Shown: in pieces, positions 1-7,846 of the stretch
Layout of the letters: every line of letters starts with the position of its first letter
How positions within the stretch are numbered: position 1 is the stretch's first letter
Source of the DNA: Pseudoalteromonas translucida KMM 520
GTDB lineage: Bacteria; Pseudomonadota; Gammaproteobacteria; Enterobacterales; Alteromonadaceae
Reading direction: 5' to 3'
NCBI RefSeq assembly: GCF_001465295.1
Contig: NZ_CP011034.1
Span: forward strand, 1,980,001 to 2,012,000
Length of the DNA stretch: 32,000 bases
Made by a program: the position numbers and the translations under genes
The notes under the pieces: generated by a model
What the model was told of the DNA's origin: nothing
The model's database searches: none
What the model saw: the letters and a program-made list of their open reading frames with translations, nothing else

Positions 1-346
1 CATTGATTTTTTCAAAAGAACTTCTTGAAGCTAAATATTTTGAAAACAAAGGTTCATACACTTTCTTTTCAAAGGTTTCGTCGGTGTAACCAATATCTTC
101 TAAATTACTCGATAATGACTTAAACGTATCTTCACACCAATTGCATACCTGTGCAGTTCGAATAATATGAATAGCAATTTGCTCAACTGCCATCCATTGT
201 GTTAGAAATGCCTGAGTATGATGCCCCTGCTTTTGCAATCCATTTACTTCGACTTCAATATTTACGATTAAATCATTGCCACTTTTAAGTTTTTGTAATA
301 ACCGTCTTTTAACATTAGCGTCGCTAGTCAACCTTGGAGGTGCCAT
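1..346 (-). CDS. hypothetical protein, N-terminal 115 codons only (runs off the left edge); next gene of the BREX operon after pglX'
   Basis: Hand translation of the minus strand from ATG (346-344) gives MAPPRLTSDANVKRRLLQKLKSGNDLIVNIEVEVNGLQKQGHHTQAFLTQWMAVEQIAIHIIRTAQVCNWCEDTFKSL...SSFEKIN, with no stop down to position 2. The start lies 1 nt after the pglX' stop (348-350). No family recognised, and I cannot say whether this is pglZ. Confidence 0.55.
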   Translation of the reverse strand, partial: MAPPRLTSDANVKRRLLQKLKSGNDLIVNIEVEVNGLQKQGHHTQAFLTQWMAVEQIAIHIIRTAQVCNWCEDTFKSLSSNLEDIGYTDETFEKKVYEPLFSKYLASRSSFEKIN

Positions 347-347
347 A

Positions 348-3300
348 TTAATTCACCACCTTTCCGTGGATGGCTTTTACATCGCTCAGTAAATTGCCAA
401 ATTTGCCGTAGTTAACTTTTACCCCGTCGTCGAGGTCGAGAGTAATACGTTTTTCAGCGAAGTGTTTGAGTTGTTCATCAAAAGAGCGAAGTTCGGCTTG
501 TTTTCCCCCAAGTGACTTTAAGTCTTTTTCGATAGTACGTGCTTCCGTGCCTGTGGCTTGTAGTTGTTGCTCAGATAACAAATTATATTGAGCTTCGTAT
601 GCACCAATCAGCGGTATAAGATACTCAGTACGCATACGCGACAAAGTGCTTTCGTTATAGCGATGCATATAGACTAAACACTCAAAGGCTTTTTCTTTTC
701 CTGAGCTAAATAACCAGTATATTGGCTTTCTTGCATACTTAGTGACATGTTCTTTAAAAAATTGAGTTGATAAGTATCTTCTAAGAGTATTTTCTGCTGA
801 CTCAGCCTTCTTAGGATTAATTGCATTAAGTATCAAGCTATCAGCAATGAAATTAATATTTTGGTTTAAGCTCTCAGCTCCCCAAACACTTTTTACAAAC
901 TCAACTACCCTGCCTGTTGCATCATCTTCATATACCCAAGAATCCTCTGCTAACGGCACAATTGCATCATCATCCGGCTGAAAGCTTGAGTACATTCCCT
1001 TGTTTAATACCGATTTAAACTGACTAACGTCTTGGTTTGCAAAAACCACCCCGTCACCGGTATAACTAAATCGACCCATTATGCAGCCTACAATATAACT
1101 TATTAAACTAACCACGGTATCCGATCTAAAAGTATTAAGCACCTTCGCTTTATAAGCATCAGGTTCGCTTTCGTCTAAATTCGTACCAACAGTAAAGTAT
1201 GGGTTTTTATAGAAAGACAAATCAGATGCAGATATTACTACTCGCTCATTTGCGTCAATTTGATAGCTTTCATCTACATGCTCATTTAAGCTTTGCTCCA
1301 GCGAGCTAATATAATTAACAAATTGATGTGTATCAGATTCAATCGTTAAAAAGTCATCTGCTATCAATGTCGAACTTGCCTTAAGATGTTCAAGCATAAT
1401 AGGATGGCTGCCAAACGCTATTGATGTTTCTACGCTATGCCAGTCTTCTTTTGAACACTCAACAAGTTGCTCCACAGTATCTGCAATAGCTGCTTTTTCA
1501 TCATCAACAATAGGTAACACGGCTAAATCATTTGGTCTTATTGAGCCTAAAACCCCTTCTGGATACACCGTTTTGACTAAACGGTTAAACATTGAAGAGT
1601 TTAACAAACCCAACTGAAACAACCTTGTTTGCTCATCAGTAATATTTTCACTTGGGGCAAAGCAAGGGCCTGACGCATCATAAATAGCGTCAGATGGTAC
1701 TTCTCGAGCATTAAACGTCGGCGCCAAAGCGGTCCAAGAGTTAACTTTGCTTTCTAATTGTTGATTAAGTTGACCAATTTCAGATTCCTTCGTATTTACA
1801 TAGCCATTAATGTTTCCATACCAACGCCTATACTCTCCACCTGAAATTATGGGCTTCCAACTGCCTTGTTCGCTATCTAAATCATGATTATTTAGCTCCC
1901 ACCACTGCCTAACATATTTATCACGGTCAATGTTTTTACCTGCTGGCAGTGTTGCCACACTAGACTTAAAAGGCTGCCCCAACGAAAATGCATTCTGTAA
2001 ACCTTCTGATGCCCAATACGATAACGGTTTAGTTGGAACGTTTGACATTTTCGCTAACGAGTTGCACACATTGCGTGAATTATCACAAGGAAAGCTTTTT
2101 GGTCTAGGCAAAATGTATTGCTCTTCTAATGTATCAGAGCTTTCGTCTATTTGTTTATCAATGATATCCGCATTGCTTGTAAAGCAATATCTCGCTTCAA
2201 AGCTTGGTAGGTGGCTATTTCTGATCACTACAGCATTCATTTGGTGTTGGTCAGGTATAACCCCACGGCCTAAATGAGCCAGACTGCATATTGAGTGTTT
2301 ATCAAATAAAATGTCTCGCATTTTTTCGTATCGAGACATAAACATCCAGCTATCTTTTAAAATCAAAGATGTGAAGCCATCAGGCTTAAGTAAATCTAAC
2401 GTTCTACTAAAAAACATCGTCGCCAAATTACTCTTAGTTGCAGCAAAGTCTTTTTTAGCAGCTTCTTTTAAATTAATTAACGACTCATCAGCCCCTAGTA
2501 TCCCTAAATTAGGTGGGTAGGTCACTATGGCATCATATTTTTGTTCAAGTGCTTCCTTAATGGCAAAACTATTTTTACCATCACCAATTTGCTCTGGCGA
2601 TGCTATTGCACCTAGCCCATTAGCATCAGATAGCAGCAATACATTAGGTTGGTAACCTCTTGTTAAAAAAAGTCTATCTTGTTCAGCAGATCGTAATACC
2701 AAGGTAAGGGACGATATTTGAATTGCTCGTTCATCAATATCAAAGCCCACAAGGTTATGCTCAAAAATTTCTTGCGGGATATCCCGTGCTCTAAACCCTT
2801 TTTCGAGATAAATATTCACTAAAATGTCGTACGCGAGTAACAGATTTCTTCCAGAGCCACACGCAGCATCTAAAACTTTTAATTCGCGAAGGTCATAGCT
2901 AGGTGTTGTCGCAATATTAGTAATATGCTGGTTAACTTCATCTGGTTGCTCAGCATCAGGCAAAAAATATTCCAAAGAGCTAGCAATCGTTGAATCAGGA
3001 AATAACTCAAGCCATCGTCTAGCCAAAGTATTTTCTACCATATATTGGCTGACCCACTTTGGCTCTGTCGTTTGGGTGGCTTTTGCTAGTTCCTTAATAC
3101 CTGTTTTTTTTGGTAATTCTTTTTTTATATCGGCGTAATAAGCAGAAAACAACTGATTAAACACATCAATAGTCTGCCAAAATGATTCATCTAAGCCATC
3201 TACAACAAAACGAACAATAGATTTAGTCCGCGTTAAATCAGATGGCAATAGTTCATTAACCCAGCGAGTGTCTTCACCAAATAACTTATTAATTCCCTGA

Positions 3301-3695
3301 GCGAGTTGTTCACATTGACCAAGTAACGCCATTCTAAATAGCTTTTCGTCGTGAGTTCCCTCTAAAACTAACTCTATCACCTGAGATTTGTCTAAATTAA
3401 AGTCGTCCGTTAGCTCTTCTAGGTTTTCTACAATTTGAAACGCGCTTGTTTGCAATGGGTGTGATAAAACCCTAAAACCGTGCGGTAACTTATCATTGAG
3501 CTCAAGGTATCTAATAGCGCATAAGCGGTTAAACCATGTATAGGCAGCTTGCTCTACAACTTCCTCTTCCCCAAACTTATTGATTTTTGCAATCAAATCG
3601 TCGCTCTTATCAATTAAGTTTAGCTGTGACTCAATTGCAGCTTTAAATAAAACTCGTGCTTCTAGTGCATATTTTTTTATTAATTTTAGTTCCAT
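348..3695 (-). CDS. PglX-family (BREX) N6-adenine methyltransferase paralog with a degenerate catalytic motif IV (YPPN instead of NPPY); probably catalytically impaired
   Basis: 1115-aa ORF. The N-terminus (AYTWFNRLCAIRYLELNDKLPHGFRVLS), the SAM motif I (KVLDAACGSG) and the last ~125 aa (PIYWLFSSGKEKAFECLVY.HRYNE.TLSRMRTEY...LDLDDGVK.NYGKFGNLL.DVKAIHGK) are collinear with the neighbouring PglX. Motif IV reads AIVTYPPNLG (YPPN = 2508-2519). Confidence 0.8.
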   Translation of the reverse strand: MELKLIKKYALEARVLFKAAIESQLNLIDKSDDLIAKINKFGEEEVVEQAAYTWFNRLCAIRYLELNDKLPHGFRVLSHPLQTSAFQIVENLEELTDDFNLDKSQVIELVLEGTHDEKLFRMALLGQCEQLAQGINKLFGEDTRWVNELLPSDLTRTKSIVRFVVDGLDESFWQTIDVFNQLFSAYYADIKKELPKKTGIKELAKATQTTEPKWVSQYMVENTLARRWLELFPDSTIASSLEYFLPDAEQPDEVNQHITNIATTPSYDLRELKVLDAACGSGRNLLLAYDILVNIYLEKGFRARDIPQEIFEHNLVGFDIDERAIQISSLTLVLRSAEQDRLFLTRGYQPNVLLLSDANGLGAIASPEQIGDGKNSFAIKEALEQKYDAIVTYPPNLGILGADESLINLKEAAKKDFAATKSNLATMFFSRTLDLLKPDGFTSLILKDSWMFMSRYEKMRDILFDKHSICSLAHLGRGVIPDQHQMNAVVIRNSHLPSFEARYCFTSNADIIDKQIDESSDTLEEQYILPRPKSFPCDNSRNVCNSLAKMSNVPTKPLSYWASEGLQNAFSLGQPFKSSVATLPAGKNIDRDKYVRQWWELNNHDLDSEQGSWKPIISGGEYRRWYGNINGYVNTKESEIGQLNQQLESKVNSWTALAPTFNAREVPSDAIYDASGPCFAPSENITDEQTRLFQLGLLNSSMFNRLVKTVYPEGVLGSIRPNDLAVLPIVDDEKAAIADTVEQLVECSKEDWHSVETSIAFGSHPIMLEHLKASSTLIADDFLTIESDTHQFVNYISSLEQSLNEHVDESYQIDANERVVISASDLSFYKNPYFTVGTNLDESEPDAYKAKVLNTFRSDTVVSLISYIVGCIMGRFSYTGDGVVFANQDVSQFKSVLNKGMYSSFQPDDDAIVPLAEDSWVYEDDATGRVVEFVKSVWGAESLNQNINFIADSLILNAINPKKAESAENTLRRYLSTQFFKEHVTKYARKPIYWLFSSGKEKAFECLVYMHRYNESTLSRMRTEYLIPLIGAYEAQYNLLSEQQLQATGTEARTIEKDLKSLGGKQAELRSFDEQLKHFAEKRITLDLDDGVKVNYGKFGNLLSDVKAIHGKVVN
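351..730 (-). repeat. direct repeat copy A: 3' end of pglX', roughly 80% identical by eye to 4162-4541
   Basis: By-eye alignment finds long identical runs, e.g. cctttccgtggatggcttttacatc, gtacgcatacgcgaca and cctgagctaaataaccagta. Weaker homology continues about 1 kb into both genes. Boundaries are approximate. Confidence 0.8.
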
Positions 3696-4157
3696 TTACT
3701 TATTTCCCTTTAAGCTAATTAGTTCATGGTGAACTTTCCAAAAGTCAGCGGCCTTAAATAGTCCAAATAGCTTTATTTGATTCGAAAAGCGGTGTTCAAA
3801 AACATACCAATTTATTTTTCCAAACTTAACTTTCTTTATATCAGCATGACCCGCAACATTTCTTATATGGTAAAAATAACTTTTCAGAATATTATTTTTG
3901 GCATTATGAAAATGTATTACGTTTTTGCTCTCAATATTAAGGTTTAAGTCAAACGTATAAAACTCAGCTTTAATTAAATCTAAGTTTCCATGAGGTATTA
4001 AATCGAATGCATACTGCTCTTTTAAACGCTTGTAAGCTTTACTTGAGCGAATATTAAAGCGCTGATTAAGCAAGTCACCATTTTCCCATAAAAGAATTAG
4101 CCGCTCGTAAAAGTCGGCTAATTCTTTACGGGTAAAATGCTGCGGATTGCAGTTCAC
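3696..4157 (-). CDS. small (153 aa) protein embedded between two pglX genes; candidate minimal HEPN-domain RNase (RNxxxH motif)
   Basis: The ORF abuts both neighbours: its stop directly adjoins the pglX' start, and its start is 1 nt from the pglX stop. Sequence YFYHIRNVAGHADIKK contains R99-N-V-A-G-H104 (3846-3863). This matches the HEPN Rx4-6H signature with the common N after R, located in the C-terminal half of a ~150-aa protein. Function is inferred from motif and context only. Confidence 0.5.
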   Translation of the reverse strand: MNCNPQHFTRKELADFYERLILLWENGDLLNQRFNIRSSKAYKRLKEQYAFDLIPHGNLDLIKAEFYTFDLNLNIESKNVIHFHNAKNNILKSYFYHIRNVAGHADIKKVKFGKINWYVFEHRFSNQIKLFGLFKAADFWKVHHELISLKGNK

Positions 4158-4158
4158 G

Positions 4159-7100
4159 TTACTTCACCGCCTTTCCGTGGATGGCTTTTACATCAGCTAA
4201 TAGGTTGCCGAATTTTCCGTAGTTGGCTTTTACGCCGTCGTCTAGGTCAAGCGTAATGCGCATTTCGGCGTAGTGCTTTAACTGCTCATCGAAAGCGCGC
4301 AGTTCGGCTTGTTTTTTCTCAAGCGACTTTAAGTCTTTTTCAATACCACGAGATTCTGTGCCTGTGGCTTGCAGTTGTTGCTCGGAAAGGAGTGTATGCT
4401 GAGCCTCGTATTTACCCATTAGAGGCGTAACGTACTCGGTACGCATACGCGACAGCGTACCTTCGTTATAGCGGTGCAGATAAACTAAGCATTCAAAGGC
4501 TTTTTCTTTACCTGAGCTAAATAACCAGTAGATAGGGCGTTTTTTGTAGGTCTTGCAATGATCTTTAAAGAATTGCGTTGAGAAATAACGACGAACGGTA
4601 TCCATCGCACTTTCGCCCTTCTTAGGCTTCAATGCATGTAAACATAAAGTTTCAGCTACAAATTCTAGGTTTTCCGATAAGTGTTCGACACCCCAGACTT
4701 TTTTTACAAATTCTTTAAAGCGAGATGTTGCATCGTCGTCAAACAACCATTCTTCTGAGGCTAGTGGAATAATACTGTCATCGTCGGCAGTGAATGACTT
4801 GTAAACTCCGCCTGTTAGAAGGTCTTTAAAACCTTTATTACCAGAGCGTGCGTAAACTAACCCATGCATATCAAGAGAGTAGCGTCCCATCATGCAACCT
4901 AGACAGTATGACAGAAGTTCGCATAATGTATCTGAGCTAAAAATACTGGCGACACTCTCTTTTTCTTTTACATTAGAGTATCTATATTGAGCATTTGCCA
5001 GCAATGTAATATCGGAAATTTCTTTTTGAGTAGATACATCATCTACCCCCAATAACTGCTCTGAGTGAGCATCTATCTCAGTCTCTAATTCTAGTAATAA
5101 TTCTGCGCGACTATGCGACGAAATAAAATAATTCGACATAGATTCAGACAACAATTTGCCCGAACTCTTTTCAACCAATGGAGAAACTTTGAAGTCAGGT
5201 GATGTTTCAAATAAATTAAAATCTTCACGAGATATATCTATAGCTTGGTCAGCAAATGTTTTAAGTTTTTTGTCACTATAAACAGCGTCAGGTACTGGTA
5301 TTTTTGAAATGTGCCCACTCTGAAAGTCAAGAGTTGCAGACAAAACCTTTAGAAAGCTTGTCACAATTCCTGAGTTTAAATATCCTAGTAAGCTTGATAT
5401 ATCCCCGTCTTTAAAAATACAGGGGCCTGTAGAATCAAAAATAAAGCCTTCTTCAAAATAACGAAAAGAAGGTTTAATTCCAATACGCGTCCAATTTATT
5501 CCTTCTTTGAAAAAGTTTTTTGAATTTCTTAAGTTTGATTTAGGAAAAGATTTTAACTCTTTGCCGTCTTCATCCCAGTTAATTACAAACTCTCTATTCC
5601 CATACCAACGTTTAACACCACCACCTTTTAGGTACGGAACCCACTTTACGGAGCTTTCTATTTCAAACCATGCTCTGAGAAATTTTTCGTTATCCCCAGT
5701 ATCTATTCCTTTTCCAGCACTTGCGCTTAGAGATAAGGGTTTGAATCGTTCGAAACTGTCCCTTAAGCTATCACTAAGCCAATAAGCAATTGGACTTCCG
5801 CTAATTTTTTCAAATTCGTTGTTATTTACAAAGTGAGTTCTTTCATTTTTACTAGATGTAAATAAAACTCCTTTATCCGCAGACTGTGACCCACTATTTA
5901 GATCAATATAACTCCCCAAATAATTAGGAATGTGGTGATTTGAGAACGTTAAGCAGCTTCCCAGAGCAATTTTTGAATTCAAAGAAGGAAAGCTATTAAA
6001 CCCTATATGATTGATGTTCAGTAACGTAGATTTTGTCAACAATTTCTTTCTAAACTCATCAAATGACGACAAAAACATCCATCCTTGAATTGTGATAAAG
6101 GAGGCGACTCCAGTTTTTGCTAATTGTTTTTTTGCAGCTATGACAAAACAACTATATAAGTCTGATTTTGCTTCAGAATAGTTTTTGGATACGTATGCTT
6201 TCAACTCTTTATTCATGCCATTACTGCCCATGTATGGAGGGTTAGCAATAATGCAATCATAGTTTTGAGCTAGCGCTATAGATTGACATATTAAAGGAAA
6301 CAGTATCATTGACGCTTGCTTGCCAGCAGGATCAGGCCCTTGGATTTTATTTTTCAGCTCAGCTTTAAGTGCCAAAAGGTTATTTATCAATTGATGATCG
6401 ATATCTATAAGAGAGCCACGTGTTTTTGCTTGTAAAAAGGACGACTTTAGGGCTTGCAGTAGTTCAAAATAGTCTTTGTAAATACTTGTTGGTTGAATAA
6501 ACTCTTCAGGTGTATCAAACAAGCCTCTTGTGACACCTGCTTGTTGATTACCTTCTAAATCCAAAGCCTTCCATAATTTCGTAATATCAAGGTGTTCAGT
6601 AGATTGCAGCGAGAATACGTTTAATGATACTTCACCATCTTCAACTCGTTGAAAGATGCGCCTGTCGTCTTCACGCGCTTTCATCATTAATGCAAAACCA
6701 GCAAGCTGCGCCGCCCGATCATCAATATCTAAACCATAAATGTTCTTGGTAAGGATTAGTTCGGGTATTTCACGAAGGCGGTAACCACGTTCAAGATAGA
6801 TTTCACGCAATACTTCATATACTTCAACTAAAATATGACCTGAGCCACAGGCAGGGTCGAGCACTTTAATTTCTTCTGGGTCTATACTGGTTGGCGTTAT
6901 AGCTTTTAGCTGTTCAATAACATCTTCAGACTGCTCAGCAGGTTCAATGTAATATTCCATTTTGCCTTTAAGCTCTGAGTCTGGGTAAGTGGCTAACCAT
7001 TGCCTACCCACAGAGTTTTGTACTAGGTATTTGACAATCCAGTTTGGCGTAAATAGCTGAGTGGCTGCTGGAATGTCTTCTGACTTAACGACTTTACCGA

Positions 7101-7821
7101 TAACAGCGTCTTTATGCTCTGAAATGTAAAACTGATATAGCCAACCGATAACTTCAATTTCTTGCCAGTCTTCCTCTGGGATATCGTTGATTAACCCTTT
7201 TAGGATAGAATCTGTTTTAGTCAGGTTATTAGGTAACAATAACTCTGTTGCATCATCAATCGCCTCAAACGCTAAGCCTTTAAAGATCTGAGGCATAATT
7301 TTAGCTAATTGATGACATTGGCCTAATAGCAATTCACGATACAGCTCTTCTTCTTTATCACCGGCTAGTTGCAACTCAATAATATGGTCTTTATCTAAAT
7401 TTAAACTTTCAGCTACATCGGATGCATGATTTAAGATTTCAGGTAGGCTATCGGCATTACTAAGATGGCTCTTTACAGGGGAAAGCACACGAAAACCATG
7501 ATCAAAGTAGTCATGTATTTCCATATAACGCAGTGCTGCGAGGCGATTAAACCATGTATAGGCCATTTCACGGGTGAACATATCGTACTTTTCTTGGTAG
7601 GTCGCAGACGCACGTTCAGCAATTTTGCTTTCTAAACGCTTACGTTGCTCACCTTCTTTGCGAGTAAAAGCACGGCCTTCGATTATGGCAGCCCCGCCTT
7701 CAATGCGAACTTCTGCTATTCGGTCTTCATATATACCAAAGTGAGCAGCACGCTTTCTAATGGCTTCAATAAATTGTTTACGCGCTTTAGGTGCGTATGC
7801 TTTTAAGTTTTTAGTGTTCAT
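4159..7821 (-). CDS. pglX: BREX type 1 N6-adenine DNA methyltransferase PglX
   Basis: 1220-aa ORF directly downstream of brxC. Motif I is KVLDPACGSGHILV and motif IV is CIIANPPYMGS (NPPY = 6232-6243). PglX-typical GWLYQFYISEHKD and ATQLFTPNWIVKYLVQNS are present. Size and position fit pglX. Confidence 0.9.
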   Translation of the reverse strand: MNTKNLKAYAPKARKQFIEAIRKRAAHFGIYEDRIAEVRIEGGAAIIEGRAFTRKEGEQRKRLESKIAERASATYQEKYDMFTREMAYTWFNRLAALRYMEIHDYFDHGFRVLSPVKSHLSNADSLPEILNHASDVAESLNLDKDHIIELQLAGDKEEELYRELLLGQCHQLAKIMPQIFKGLAFEAIDDATELLLPNNLTKTDSILKGLINDIPEEDWQEIEVIGWLYQFYISEHKDAVIGKVVKSEDIPAATQLFTPNWIVKYLVQNSVGRQWLATYPDSELKGKMEYYIEPAEQSEDVIEQLKAITPTSIDPEEIKVLDPACGSGHILVEVYEVLREIYLERGYRLREIPELILTKNIYGLDIDDRAAQLAGFALMMKAREDDRRIFQRVEDGEVSLNVFSLQSTEHLDITKLWKALDLEGNQQAGVTRGLFDTPEEFIQPTSIYKDYFELLQALKSSFLQAKTRGSLIDIDHQLINNLLALKAELKNKIQGPDPAGKQASMILFPLICQSIALAQNYDCIIANPPYMGSNGMNKELKAYVSKNYSEAKSDLYSCFVIAAKKQLAKTGVASFITIQGWMFLSSFDEFRKKLLTKSTLLNINHIGFNSFPSLNSKIALGSCLTFSNHHIPNYLGSYIDLNSGSQSADKGVLFTSSKNERTHFVNNNEFEKISGSPIAYWLSDSLRDSFERFKPLSLSASAGKGIDTGDNEKFLRAWFEIESSVKWVPYLKGGGVKRWYGNREFVINWDEDGKELKSFPKSNLRNSKNFFKEGINWTRIGIKPSFRYFEEGFIFDSTGPCIFKDGDISSLLGYLNSGIVTSFLKVLSATLDFQSGHISKIPVPDAVYSDKKLKTFADQAIDISREDFNLFETSPDFKVSPLVEKSSGKLLSESMSNYFISSHSRAELLLELETEIDAHSEQLLGVDDVSTQKEISDITLLANAQYRYSNVKEKESVASIFSSDTLCELLSYCLGCMMGRYSLDMHGLVYARSGNKGFKDLLTGGVYKSFTADDDSIIPLASEEWLFDDDATSRFKEFVKKVWGVEHLSENLEFVAETLCLHALKPKKGESAMDTVRRYFSTQFFKDHCKTYKKRPIYWLFSSGKEKAFECLVYLHRYNEGTLSRMRTEYVTPLMGKYEAQHTLLSEQQLQATGTESRGIEKDLKSLEKKQAELRAFDEQLKHYAEMRITLDLDDGVKANYGKFGNLLADVKAIHGKAVK
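4162..4541 (-). repeat. direct repeat copy B: 3' end of pglX
   Basis: See copy A. Both copies have the same orientation (direct, not inverted). A second shorter shared block lies at the 5' ends (ttaaaccatgtataggc at about 3527-3543 and about 7547-7563). Confidence 0.8.
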
Positions 7822-7846
7822 ATTTCACCTTAAATGTCATCCGTGA

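Noticed and set aside
348-7821. Invertible shufflon / phase-variable pglX switching by site-specific inversion
   Set aside because: The two pglX copies and their shared segments are in direct, not inverted, orientation. No inverted partial pglX cassettes are present, and the nearby recombinases are separated from the locus by the brx genes. Only deletion or chimera formation is geometrically possible.
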